Shown here piece after piece: positions 1 through 10,543 of a stretch of 31,195 nucleotides of DNA. The DNA lies in IMG/VR virus record IMGVR_UViG_3300029728_000034. One strand, given 5' to 3'. This DNA comes from a virus. The position numbers were made by a program, and so were the translations under genes. The notes beneath the pieces were generated by a model, which saw only the letters and a list, made by a program, of their open reading frames with translations, was not told where the DNA came from and searched no databases. Numbering within the stretch: position 1 is the first letter of the stretch; every line of letters starts with the position of its first letter.

Positions 1-99
1 CAGGAGATATGATTTATGCTGGCAAGGCTTATAAATATCCTGAAACAGATAGAGTAGAGTTTTTATTAAATAATGTAGCTGAGAATTATCTATCTAATG
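1..99. repeat. Terminal direct repeat, copy 1 (identical to 31097..31195); circular-assembly overlap
   Basis: The 99 nt caggagatatgatttatgc...tatctaatg were read at both ends of the window and are identical. A single ORF runs through the junction in frame. Confidence 0.95.
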
Positions 100-914
100 G
101 TATTATATTTAATACTTCTAAAACTATAATATCTCCAGAATATTTGAAACCATTTACTTTGATAACATCTAGTGGAAATGAAAAACCAATTACTTTCTTC
201 AATGACTGGAGTTATAAAGATAGAGATCTAACTAAAGGCACTATGTTAAGTGATCCTATTACTGGTTTAGTTGATCCAAGGCAGTATTTAGTATCAAGTT
301 GAATTCTACCAACTGGAACTGGAGTTATTAATAGATTCTTTTATATAGATGGAGTACAATCTGCTATGGATATTAGTTTAAATTCTGGAATTAATGGATA
401 TACATATACAGAAGATTTAAGTAATAAATTATGGCCTTGTGGAAGCTATTTAATAGTAGGATTTGTAGAAGGTGGAAATATTAGTGATAGACAGATTAGA
501 TATGATATAGATACTACAGGTAAAGATTATGTGCTATATTATACTAATTCAGCAGGTGGATGAGATTCATTACTTGTTGAGGGTAATGTTAAAAAGAATG
601 ATGAGATTAAATCTGAAACATATACTCGTAAGGTATTAAATACATCACAAGAGTTTGCAAGAAATAAGTATTTGAATACTATAACTTCAAGCTGGATTCT
701 TTATACTGGTTATTTAAATGATATTCAAGCTTCTAAGATGTTTAATCTAATTGAGAGTACCAAAGTATATTTGCATAATCTTAAAGATAATACTATCACT
801 CCAGTATTGATTACAGATACAAATTGTGAATATAAAACTTATACTAATCAAGGTAAAAACAAGTTCTATTATACAATTAATGTAGAAGCTTCTCAAGATA
901 CTTATCGTAAATAA
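1..914 (+). CDS. 3' part of a wrap-around tail/baseplate structural protein (continues from 29830..31195; about 726 aa on the circle)
   Basis: Track ORFs 9..302, 366..563 and 672..914 share one frame and are separated only by TGA (300..302, 561..563). The frame matches 29830.. once the 31,096-bp period is applied. Stop is TAA at 912..914. The first full codon starts at 3. Confidence 0.8.
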
Positions 915-916
915 TT

Positions 917-3900
917 ATGAGAAAGAATATAAAACTATTTATTGCAAATAAAGAGGTTGACTGTAGTGAGGGAATTAGTCTTCCTATGACATATACTGTT
1001 GAGGATTTCCAAAACCCCACTATAGTCAAGAACTCGTTTAGTAAAACGATTTCTATACCTGGCACAAAGAATAATAATAAGATTTTTGGAGAGATTTATA
1101 AGTTAGATAGATTTCTCCATATAAAAGAAGGTAATTTCTCTGGAGTATATTTTGATCCTTCAAAACGAGTTGATTTTGGAATTTATAATAATGGCTATTT
1201 AGTTGAATCTGGATATATGCAATTAAATAGTATATCTATAAAACAAGCTATTATTACTTATAATATTACTTTATATGGAGGATTAGGAGATTTCTTTTAT
1301 GGTCTTAAATATAAAGAAGATGGTACTATTAGGACTCTTGCTGATTTACAATACTTTGTAACTGATGAAGATGGGAATACACTTCCTGCTGATACTGAAC
1401 TTAATTTTTATATTAACAAAGATTTTGTAAATACTTGTTTTGACTGAAGTAAAACGAATGAAGGAAGTCAAATATATGACTATTTAACATTCATTCCAGC
1501 ATATAATGGTTTATATGAAGATTTTGATAATGAAACTTGTTTAATAAATACTAATGAAAATAGTATATTTCCTACTAGTAAGACAGATTCAGGAGTTACA
1601 TATACACCTTATAATGGATATGGATTAGCTAAATTAAATAGAGCATATACAGAATGGGAGATGAGAGATCTTAGAAGTTATATGCAAAGGCCAGCTTTAA
1701 AATTGAGTAAGTTAATTGAAACTATCTGTAGAAAAGAGAATTCTGGATATGATGTAGTATTTGATCCTTCATTTTTTAATTGAAATAATCCGTATTGAAG
1801 TAAATCCTTTGTAGCTTTACCTTTATTATCTAATCTAGTAAGTGACGAAGAAGATGTAACAGAATCTGGCTTTTTAGTAGAAGATAGTAAATATAATTAT
1901 CAGGTAGGTATAAATAAAGGAGAATCTACATCAAGTCCTTTAAAATTATCCATTGCATCACCTGATATTGTTTACGATTCTGGAATAATTGATTTAAGTG
2001 AGGCTGGATTTAGAAAAAGCCTTTCTACAACTTTTTATTTTAAGTTAAAGTTTAATCGAACTGCAGGAAATGTTGGGGATAGATATTTTTTTGGATTTAG
2101 AAGGTATTTTAGCTCCTCTGCTCCTCCTTTTTATTCAGCATATAGAGGATACGCTGATGTTTGGCTAACAATTACTAATGAAGTAGATGATACTATTTAT
2201 ACTTCTGAAATACATAGATTTACAAATTCAGGAACCTACTCACATCCTATAGACAATGGGGTTAATCATTTTGGGTATTTTCAAAATAATGTATTTTATG
2301 ATACTTCTTCATTAACTAATGATTTTGTTATTAATATTACAAATTTTAAAATTCCAATTAATAAAATTAAAATTAAACTTAATGTTGTATGATCTACTGG
2401 AAATAGTGTTCGCCCTACTGGATTATTAAGTGAAGTAATAGAAAGAGGAGAGGATTACCAAGCTATTCCAAAAGGAGATCTTATAGTAGATCTTACTTCT
2501 CCCATTGAAATTACTACTTCTACAGAGGTACTTCAAAGTAATGCATTATTAACTAAAAAATTATTATTAAAAACAGAACAATCTCCTGCTGATTACTTAT
2601 TGAGTTATGCAAAACTATTTGGGTTATATTTTACAAAAGATATTGATAGTAAAACAATTAGAATATATACTAGAAATAATTTCTTTAAGAATATAATCTC
2701 TGATTGGAGTAAGAGAATAGATTATTCTAAAGATTTCAATGTAAATCCAATATTATTTGATAAGAAGTGATATAGAATGAGTTCTGAAGGTCCAGAAACT
2801 TATTTTTATAAAAAATACAATAAGGAATATTCTATATTATATGGTCAACAAAGATTAAATACTGGTTATAATTTTAATTCTGAAACAACTGAACTGTATA
2901 GTGATAATATATATGAAAATATAGTTTCTGCAAGATGGAGAAATAAATATTTTAGAAATTTTTACAATTCTTCTTCCCTTGTAGTTCCTGCATTTATGAA
3001 TGATAATATTACCTATACATTATTTAATAATAGCACTACTGAACTTAAGACTATAGATCAAGAGTTATACGGAGCTAATTTTATAGATCCCTCTAAAACC
3101 ACAGAATGATATAAAATCGCAGGTAATGATATATTTGCCAAAAATGTATTTTTCTCAATTGATGGTAATGAGGAATCTTTAGAGGATATCTCTCAATCCC
3201 TAGTATTCTTTAACGGTAATGTTCCTTTAACTGATGTAAAAGGAAATGAAGTAACATATTGAATTACAGATGATCTTACAGAAATGAACATATTAAATGA
3301 TCAGGAAATGTGTTATATATCTACTAAAAGTGAGAAAGATATTAGGGGGAATAAAATTGCTATAAAGAGAACTGTATTACCTCAATTTACAAGGTATACC
3401 GTTTCGTCCTCTAATGTTACTGCTTCTTGAGATTTTGGATTACCACAAGAGATTTATATTGATGATATAACTTATAATATCGGAAGTACTATTTATAGTA
3501 GATTCTGAAGTGAATTTTATAATGATCAATTTGATGTTAATACTAAAAAAGTTACCTGCTTTGTAAGATTGGGTGATTTAGATGTTAAGTATGATTTACT
3601 TAGACAGTTCTATTATTTTGAAGATTCTTACTGGATACTTAATAAGATTGATGCTTATGATATTAATTCAGATTCTACAGTTAGATGTGAATTTATTAAA
3701 GTTCAAGATATTAATAGTTATTTAGCTGGAATTCAAAATTTAGGTGAGTATATATCATTTGACGATTCAGATCCAGTTGTAGATTATAAAGCTGGGACTA
3801 AAAAGATTACAGTTACTTCTAATATTCCTTGAGAATTAGGATGATATAGTCCAAATGAAATTGTAAGCATTACACCTGAATCTGGGCAGCCTGGAGAAAC

Positions 3901-4276
3901 AGAATTGACAGTTACATATAATGAGAATACTACATATAATCAAAGGAGTTTCTATTTTAGTCTTTATAAACAAGGAAGTATAAATGGCCCTCAATGTATG
4001 TTTACTCAAACTCCAGACCCAAATAAAGCTATTCTTATTACAGGAAAGCTTCAAACTTCTACTGGAGGTATTCCTTCTGGCGTTAATCAGATTCTAACTG
4101 AAAATGATAATTTCTTAAATGTCACTTATATGAGAGATGATGGAAGTTATAGAATATATGCTCAAAATGGAGTTCAATTTTTATTTAGAGTATCTGACGG
4201 ACCAACAGGAACAGTTAAATATACAGAGAATTTAACACTAACAGAAGATACTGTTAAAAACGTAACTATAAACTAA
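917..4276 (+). CDS. Large tail-tip/baseplate (Tal-like) structural protein, 1119 aa, with a C-terminal BACON/Ig-like domain
   Basis: I translated the frame by hand from 917 to TAA 4274..4276. The only interruptions are 11 in-frame TGAs (1445, 1781, 1796, 2390, 2768, 3107, 3260, 3428, 3506, 3830, 3842). The C-terminus TSNIP-W-ELG-W-YSPNEIVSITPESGQPGETELTVTYNENTTYNQRSFYF fits the BACON pattern when TGA is Trp. Its position next to the tape-measure-like gene supports a tail role. Confidence 0.75.
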
Positions 4277-4277
4277 T

Positions 4278-6611
4278 ATGGCTGAAGAAATTAAAAAAGT
4301 AATTAGTGTAGATACTAAAACCAGTTCAAAGTCGATCAAGCAGCTACGAGAAGAAGTAGCTGGCTTGACGGCTGAACTTGAAGATCTTGAGATTGGTAGT
4401 ACTGACTATACTAAAAAGCTTGAAGAACTTGTTAATGTTCAAAATAAGTTAGGTGTTGCTACAGAATCTATGCAAGGTAAAACTGTAAATGCAGTTAAGG
4501 CGTTTGACAGTATCAATCAAGTAGCAGGAGGTTTAGCTGGAGGAGTTTCAGCTGTTAGTGCAGCATTCACTTTATTTGGAAAAGATACAGAGAATCTTCA
4601 AAAAACTATGGTTAAATTGCAAGCAGCAATTGCTATAGTTCAGGGAATTGGAGGATTAAAAGGTTTAGGTGAAGGTATTCTTAATGGAGTAAAATCATTT
4701 AAAGCCTTATCTGTAGCAATGGGTGGTGCTACGGCTGCAACTGGAGGATTATCTGTAGCAATGGGTGTGCTACGGTCTGCAATTATATCTACAGGAATTG
4801 GAGCTTTAGTTGTAGCTCTTGGTATGTTAATAGATTTTGCAATTAAAGCAGCATCAGGAATTGATGATTTAAAAATTAGTATTTCTGGTTTAAAAGATAT
4901 AACTGATCAATGAGGAACAAGTTACGCCAGAGCTAATACTGAAATTGCAGGATTGGAGAGACAAAGAGAGAGAGATTTAGCTGCTGGTAAAAAAAGTGAA
5001 ATACAAATTTGGAAAGATTATGCTGAAGCATTAGGAGATTTAGATGCTGAATTATTTCATCAATTTGGCAGTGTAACTAAAGCATATTCTGACTCATTTA
5101 CTAATATACTTAAAAGTAATAAATACTTCAAAAAAGAATTTAAGAAATCTGGATATGAAACTTGGGAAGATTATTCCGAAGCAATACAATGAGGATTAAA
5201 GAATAGTTCTAATGAAGTTGATTTCTTTTTAAGTAAGTTAAATGAGGATCAAAAAGCGGCTTATGATGAAGCTTCTGGTATTTATAATACATATCTTGAG
5301 AAGCGAAATGATTTAATGCAAAAATCTGCTGAAGCTTATGAAAAAGTTAAGTTAATGGAGATTGCTGCAGAACGTAAGCAGAGAGAAGATGCTAAAGCCC
5401 AGTATCTAAAGAATATAGAAGATAGAAAGAAACATAATCAAGATCTGCTTAAAGTTATTAACGATTTCTATGAAGAAAATAGAAAACTTCTTTTAGATGA
5501 TGAAGCAAGAGAACTTGATGAATTAAATAGAAACTACCAGAATCAATTAGATGCACTTAAAGAAGCCTATAATCTCAAATTAATAACAGTTAAAGAATAT
5601 AATGAGAGATTAAAGCAGGTAAATGATGCATATAATAAAGAGTGACTAGATAATAATAATGAACGTTATAGAGAAGACTTAGAAAATAGATTATCTGCAT
5701 TACAAGAAATGCAAGATAGGGAATCTCAATTATTTGCAAATAAAGAGGCTGCATTATCTGCAGGTAAATCTGGAAGTTATGAAACTAGAGTTCAACAATT
5801 TGGTTCAACGGATTTTTATCAATCTGGAGAAGATGTTCAAAGACAATATCAAGATACATTAGCTTATAATGAACAGTTATATAATCTCACTAAAGATAGA
5901 ATTACAAGAGAGAATGAATTGATGTCTCAACAGCAAGCTATTTTAGATGAGCAATATAACAATAAGCTGATAACTGAACAAGAATATGCCAATCAATCTC
6001 AAGCAATTAAATTACAGCAAGAAGCTAATGATATAGCTTTATCAGAAGCAGCTAATGCAAGAGAAGAAGCAGATCTTCAAGCATTTAAAGATAGACAAGC
6101 TAAAAAGCAACAGGCTATTCAAGCTACTATGAATGTAGCTTCTTCTTTAAGTGGAGCTTTAGCTAATGTATTTAAACAAGAAGCTAGTGATGATTCAAAA
6201 TCAGAGAAGCAAAGAGAGAAATCATTTAAAGTTTATAAAGCATTAGCTACTACTCAAGCTATTATTGATACTATCAGTTCTGCCCAAGGTGCATATAAAG
6301 CTATGGTGGGTATTCCATTTGTAGGACCTATTCTTGCTCCAATTGCTGCTGCTACAGCTGTTATTGCTGGTATTGCTAATGTTAAGGCTATCCAAAATGA
6401 GCAGCTTCCTTCATCTGGAGGTTCTGGAAGTGATGCAGGAACTACTGCTCCTGCTGCTTTAAATACTGCTCCTGTAGAATATACTCGAAACTTACTTGGC
6501 AATAAAGAGACTGATGAATTGAATCAACCAGTTAAATGTTATGTAGTTGAGAGTGATATTACTACTGCTCAAACTAAAGTTGCAGTTACAGAATCAAATG
6601 CAAGTTTCTAA
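4278..6611 (+). CDS. Tape measure protein-like, 777 aa
   Basis: Four same-frame ORF fragments are joined by TGA at 4911, 5190 and 5643. The protein has long Q/E/K/A-rich coiled-coil stretches plus Gly/Ala-rich hydrophobic segments (GGLAGGVSAVSAAFTLFG, GIPFVGPILAPIAAATAVIAGIANV), as is typical of tape measure proteins. Stop is TAA. Confidence 0.7.
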
Positions 6612-6613
6612 AG

Positions 6614-6631
6614 TGAGTAAAATTTATGACA
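6614..6631 (+). repeat. Degenerate copy (14 of 18 nt) of the conserved core TGAGTAAAAAACTTGACA
   Basis: TGAGTAAAATTTATGACA lies immediately after the tape-measure stop codon and is followed by a hairpin, the same layout as the full copies. Confidence 0.4.
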
Positions 6632-6675
6632 CACTACTATGTAAGTTGCTGATTATCAGTGCTTATATAGTAGTG
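6632..6675 (+). terminator. Hairpin after the tape-measure gene (9-bp stem cactactat/atagtagtg, 26-nt loop containing the palindrome ctgattatcag)
   Basis: The inverted repeat was read directly. There is no strong T-tract, so terminator function is uncertain. Confidence 0.3.
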
Positions 6676-6678
6676 CTA

Positions 6679-6727
6679 TGTCAAAATTTATTTATCTTAG
6701 ATACAAATTTGAGTAAAAAACTTGACA
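6679..6727 (+). promoter_or_regulatory. Conserved intergenic element, copy 1 (TGTCA...TGAGTAAAAAACTTGACA); candidate phage-specific promoter or regulatory site
   Basis: The 18-nt core at 6710..6727 is identical in all four copies. This copy lies between the tape-measure stop and the capsid operon start at 6807. The repeat is certain; the function is inferred. Confidence 0.6.
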
Positions 6728-6806
6728 TTTGATAGTATATAAATATATAAAAATAAAAGATTGTAACAATATTACATTTTTAAAATAGCTTATATATTAA
6801 TAAAAA

Positions 6807-7400
6807 ATGGAAAAAATGTATAATGATCTTCCATTATATCAAGCAATTATTGCTGATGATTGTGATGGAATAGAGTTCGTAGCATTGACCAGTAAACCTG
6901 CAACCCAAGTTAATTGGCTTGCTTTTGGGGAATCTCAGAAGTTCTCGATGGATGAAGAAAAACATATAGTTACTTCTTGTTTAATGGTATGTGATATACC
7001 TATATTTAGACGGGATAGTAAAAACGGAGAATATTATATTCAATATGATAAAGAAACTCTCCGTTTAATGGCTGAAAAAATGATGTATGATAAGAGAACT
7101 ACTGATGTAAATATTGAACATTTGGAAGATTCAGTAATTCCTGGAATAATTCTTCAAGAACTATATATTAAAGATATAGATAGAGGAATTAATCCAGTTG
7201 AATTTGCTGATTGTCCAGATGGTTCATTATTTGCTACTTATAAAGTAAATAATCCTGTTATATGGGATGCAATTAAAGCTGGCAAGTTTAAAGGGTTCTC
7301 TATTGAGGGATTGTTTACTTTAGAAAGACAATCTGATGAATATGAGGAACTTAAAGAGATTCAAAAAATGTTGAGAAAAATAAAAAGAGTTAAACATTAA
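6807..7400 (+). CDS. XkdF-like putative prohead protease / scaffold-associated protein
   Basis: The C-terminal motif VIWDAIKAGKFKGFSIEG resembles the XkdF-family signature W..vk.G...GfSigG. The gene lies directly upstream of scaffold-like and capsid genes. It has no TGA. Confidence 0.6.
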   Translation: MEKMYNDLPLYQAIIADDCDGIEFVALTSKPATQVNWLAFGESQKFSMDEEKHIVTSCLMVCDIPIFRRDSKNGEYYIQYDKETLRLMAEKMMYDKRTTDVNIEHLEDSVIPGIILQELYIKDIDRGINPVEFADCPDGSLFATYKVNNPVIWDAIKAGKFKGFSIEGLFTLERQSDEYEELKEIQKMLRKIKRVKH

Positions 7401-7406
7401 TTAATT

Positions 7407-8012
7407 ATGAGTAAATTCACAAAAATTAAACTTGAGTTAGCTAAGATGCTTGCAAAGTTCAGTGATGTTAAAACTGACAAGGCTGTGCTTACTTGGGATT
7501 CAGATGAGGATCTGAGAGAAGGTATGGATGTTTATGTAGCTGATGAAAATGGCGAATATGCACCTGCTGCTGATGGTGAGTATGTTACCGAAGATGGCAA
7601 AACGATTGTTGTTAAAGACGGTAAAGTAGAGTCCATTACTGATCCTAAAGCTGAAGTTGATCCTGAAGAGGGTATGAGAACTGTTGAGGTTGATGCTGCT
7701 TGTGGAGCTAAGAGAGTAAAAGCTGAGGAAGTTGCTGATCCTGCTGTTGAAACAGACGGTGTTAAAGAAACTGAGACTGATGCAATCGACGCTATTCATC
7801 GCGAAATTAATGAGCTCTATGATATTGTAGATAAGCTTGTTAAGAAAGTAGCAGAACTTGAAGGAAAGTCAGAAGCTACTGAAAAGACTGTAGAAAAAAT
7901 GAGTAAGATGAGTGCTGCTTTTTCAGCAGAGGAAACACTCGAAAATAAAACAACTGCTCCTATAAGTGGAATAGCAGAAATAGATAGAAAGCTTAAAAAC
8001 TTTATTGGTTAA
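7407..8012 (+). CDS. Scaffolding protein (acidic, coiled-coil)
   Basis: A 201-aa, highly acidic (D/E/K-rich), helix-rich protein located between the protease-like gene and the capsid gene. The call rests on position and composition. Confidence 0.55.
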   Translation: MSKFTKIKLELAKMLAKFSDVKTDKAVLTWDSDEDLREGMDVYVADENGEYAPAADGEYVTEDGKTIVVKDGKVESITDPKAEVDPEEGMRTVEVDAACGAKRVKAEEVADPAVETDGVKETETDAIDAIHREINELYDIVDKLVKKVAELEGKSEATEKTVEKMSKMSAAFSAEETLENKTTAPISGIAEIDRKLKNFIG

Positions 8013-8033
8013 TTTATAAAATTTTAAATAATT

Positions 8034-8933
8034 ATGGCAAATAGTCCTGTAATGACAACGCTTCCTGCTTATGTGGAGCAAAGACGTCTCCCTCTTATTA
8101 AGGAAGCGGTTTTAAAAGCTAAGAGTGCAAGTTTGTTTAATCTTCAGACAGATATTAAAACTGATGCTGCTCTTAACCTGTTATCTACCGATGTTCAGTT
8201 CGGTGATGGTCTTACTTGTGGTTGGGATGAGGCTGGAACTCAGACTCTTTCTCAGAGAATTCTTAAGACTGGTAATATTAAGATTAATATGGCATATTGC
8301 GATAAGGCTATGCTGAAATACTGGACTCAGTATGCAGTTAAGGTAGCCGCTGGTCAGAAGACTCTTCCTTTTGAAGAGGATTTCGTAAATGCTGTTGTAG
8401 AGAACGTAAAAGAGGCTATTGAGATAGCTATCTGGCAGGGTGATACGGCTTCAAAAACTAATAACTTGAAGTATTTTGATGGTCTGCTTAAGATTCTTGC
8501 TGCTGATGCTGTAGATGTAACAATTGCTGGAACATCTGCCTATACTGACATTATGGCAGTTTATAATGCAATTCCTGAGAAGGTTCTTGATGGTGCTTCT
8601 ATTCTTGTTGGTGCTGATATGTTCCGTAAGTTCGTAAATGAACTTGTTGAGAAGAACTATTTCCACTATAGCGGAGAGAGCCTTAATGGTGAGATTTATC
8701 TTCCTGGTTCACAGGTTAAGGTTATTGCTGTTAATGGTCTTAATGGAACTGATAAGATTGTTGCTGGTCAGTTAGACAAGAACTTCTTCTATGGTGTAGA
8801 TATGATGAATGATGAAGAGAAATTCGAATTGTGGTATTCACAGGATTTCCGCGAGTTCAGATTAGCTATTGAATTTAACGCTGGTGTACAAGTTGCTTTC
8901 CCTGACGAAGTAGTATTAGGTGCCAAGGCTTAA
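8034..8933 (+). CDS. Major capsid protein (HK97-fold class inferred)
   Basis: A 299-aa ORF following protease and scaffold. It has the best codon bias and the highest GC in the window. It is uninterrupted under either code (4 TGG, 0 TGA). Confidence 0.75.
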   Translation: MANSPVMTTLPAYVEQRRLPLIKEAVLKAKSASLFNLQTDIKTDAALNLLSTDVQFGDGLTCGWDEAGTQTLSQRILKTGNIKINMAYCDKAMLKYWTQYAVKVAAGQKTLPFEEDFVNAVVENVKEAIEIAIWQGDTASKTNNLKYFDGLLKILAADAVDVTIAGTSAYTDIMAVYNAIPEKVLDGASILVGADMFRKFVNELVEKNYFHYSGESLNGEIYLPGSQVKVIAVNGLNGTDKIVAGQLDKNFFYGVDMMNDEEKFELWYSQDFREFRLAIEFNAGVQVAFPDEVVLGAKA

Positions 8934-8973
8934 TTTCAATAGATTTTATTAACTTCTAAATGATATTGAAATT

Positions 8974-9498
8974 ATGGCTTGTTTAATAACTATCGCAGGA
9001 ATCACACTTGATTGCCAACCTTCATTGGGTGGAATCAAACAGGTATGGATTACCCAGTATGCAGATGTTAAAAGTGTAACGGTTGATCCTGAGAGCAATA
9101 TGATTTCAGCTATTACTCTTGAGTCTTCAGCTAAATGGTATAACTACCAATTTAGAAAGGCTACTGGTTCTCTAACCTCAACTTTAAATGTAGATGAAAG
9201 TGCTGGTGTTAATTATGTAAGTAATGAGCTTGCTCTTGTATTTACAAAGATGGAAACCGCAAAACGAGTAGAGATTGCAGCTTTATCAATTGGTCAGCTT
9301 GCAGTTGTTGTTGAAGATAGCAATGGTAAGTATTGGTTCTTAGGTAAAGATGATTATGTAAGCGCTTCCGCTGGTACGGGTGTTACTGGTACTGCTAAAG
9401 GTGATCAGAATGCTTATACTCTGACACTTTCAACAGATTCAGATTCTTATCCTTATGAGTTATCTGCAGAAGCTATCCAAAGCGTTGTAGGTGCTTAA
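8974..9498 (+). CDS. Major tail tube protein (siphovirus type)
   Basis: A 174-aa protein with the pattern ...LAVVVEDSNGKYWFLGKDDY...GTGVTGTAKGDQNAYTLTLS, which resembles tail-tube families. It is followed by the strongest intrinsic terminator in the window. Confidence 0.55.
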   Translation: MACLITIAGITLDCQPSLGGIKQVWITQYADVKSVTVDPESNMISAITLESSAKWYNYQFRKATGSLTSTLNVDESAGVNYVSNELALVFTKMETAKRVEIAALSIGQLAVVVEDSNGKYWFLGKDDYVSASAGTGVTGTAKGDQNAYTLTLSTDSDSYPYELSAEAIQSVVGA

Positions 9499-9507
9499 TA
9501 ACAGAAA

Positions 9508-9547
9508 GAGGGGCGAGTATTAATTTACTTGCCCCTTATTTTGTTTA
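9508..9547 (+). terminator. Rho-independent terminator after the capsid/tube operon
   Basis: A 10-bp GC-rich stem, ggggcgagta/tacttgcccc (one G-U pair), with a 6-nt loop, followed by ttattttgttt. Confidence 0.8.
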
Positions 9548-9589
9548 TATACCACATAATGAATAATTTATATTTTATAGAAAAATAAT

Positions 9590-10543
9590 ATGGCAATAGT
9601 ATTCACATCAGAACCAGTAGCTAAAAATACTACAACTAAAAATTTAGATTTAATTAAAGCTGCTGAATGTAAGTTACAAGAAAAATCAGTAGAATATACT
9701 CAAAATGCAGAGTTTGAAGTACTGCCAGATGAGGGATATGATGGAATGTCTAAGGTAAATGTATCTGTTGATGTAGTAGTTCCTACAGTTCAAGCTTCCA
9801 AAGCAATTACAATTACTCAGAATGGACCAATAGAGATTCTTCCTGACTCTGATTATGATGTTATGGAGAAAGTTGAAGCTACTATTAATGTGCCAACTTC
9901 TTCAACTTATGATATTACGCAAGCTGTAGTTAATTTATATATGTTTACTGGAACGTCTGTTCCTGCAAATGTTGTAGGTTGAGAAAATTTAGTTGATGGA
10001 AGATATAAATGTCAAGGATCAAACATTAAGGAATTCACTATGCAATTACCTAAGTTAGAAAATGGCAAATATATGTTTACAGAATGTGCTGATTTAACAT
10101 CATTCACTATTCCAATGCCTGAATTAACAGATGGGTCTAATATGTTTAGCAGAGGTGCCTTACCTGGATATAATAGCCTGAAAACACTTAATTTAGATGC
10201 TCCTAAATTAGTAACTACTACTAATATGTTTGGAGATTGCATTAGATTAACAGACGTAACATTAAACATTCCATCATACACAGCTCAAGAAGGTTCAATA
10301 AATCCTATATTTTCAAAATGTAGTGTAATTACTAATCTTACAGTAAACGGTGAGCTTAGAGCAGGATTATATCTATCAGCAAGTACCAATCTTACTACTG
10401 ATTCTTTAATGTCTGTTATTAATGCATTGGTTGATTTAACTGGAGAGGATAGCAAAACTTTAACATTAGGAGCTACCAATCTGGCAAAATTATCAGATGA
10501 ACAGAAAGCAATAGCTACTAATAAAAACTGGATATTAGCATAA
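9590..10543 (+). CDS. Receptor-binding/tail-fibre candidate 1, BspA/DUF285-like leucine-rich repeats, 317 aa
   Basis: ORFs 9590..9982 and 10040..10543 are in the same frame and joined by TGA 9980..9982. Repeats of the form MF..C..L (YMFTECADLTSF, NMFSRGAL, NMFGDCIRLTDV) are present. The C-terminal block LTGEDSKTLTL...LSDEQKAIATNKNWILA is shared with two paralogs. Confidence 0.65.

Noticed and set aside
1-99. The 99-bp terminal repeat as genuine direct terminal repeats of a linear virion genome.
   Set aside because: The repeat lies in the middle of a structural gene that reads through the junction. Its length equals a common assembler k-mer size. A circular-assembly artefact is more likely, although a headful-packaged, circularly permuted genome is still possible.
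917-4276. Fragmented ORFs interpreted as pseudogenes of a decaying prophage.
   Set aside because: All interruptions are the same codon (TGA), always in frame, with no frameshifts and no TAA/TAG interruptions. They also occur in essential genes (terL, portal), and the genome is a closed circle with intact modules.
6254-6502. Antisense or shadow ORFs in the track: 877..1065, 3836..4054, 6254..6502, 7500..7799, 8451..8666, 10012..10281, 10285..10551, 12981..13169, 14217..14447, 16585..16861, 17386..17640, 19884..20069, 25389..25580 on minus; 8125..8316, 21607..21861, 21938..22294 on plus.
   Set aside because: Each lies entirely within a longer, motif-supported gene on the opposite strand or in another frame. 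Their translations are low-complexity (Ile/Leu/Ser/Phe-rich) and they lack plausible start contexts.
6632-6675. A hairpin-rich intergenic stretch as a possible tRNA (the missing suppressor).
   Set aside because: It has a single long stem with a 26-nt loop. There is no cloverleaf arms, no T-loop GTTCRA motif, and no UCA anticodon loop flanked by a 5-bp stem.
6722-6727. TTGACA at the right end of each element acting as a sigma-70 -35 box.
   Set aside because: The sequence 17 +/- 1 nt downstream differs in every copy and lies inside the variable hairpins. Only copy 1 has anything resembling a -10 (ATATAA). The host-type promoters found elsewhere in the genome are not sigma-70-like.
6547-6732. 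Track ORF 6547..6732 (61 aa) spanning the tape-measure end and the conserved element.
   Set aside because: It overlaps the tape-measure C-terminus out of frame, runs through the hairpin and repeat, and translates to a low-complexity Leu/Lys sequence. It looks like a chance ORF in AT-rich DNA.
9569-9576. TATATTTT boxes upstream of 9590, 16108 (16059..16066) and 29348 (29333..29340), and TACATTTT before 6807 (6773..6780), as internal Bacteroidota -7 promoter elements.
   Set aside because: They end in T, not the consensus G, and lack a good TTTG at -33. Such AT-only 8-mers are expected by chance at this composition. I note them as possible weak promoters but did not call them.
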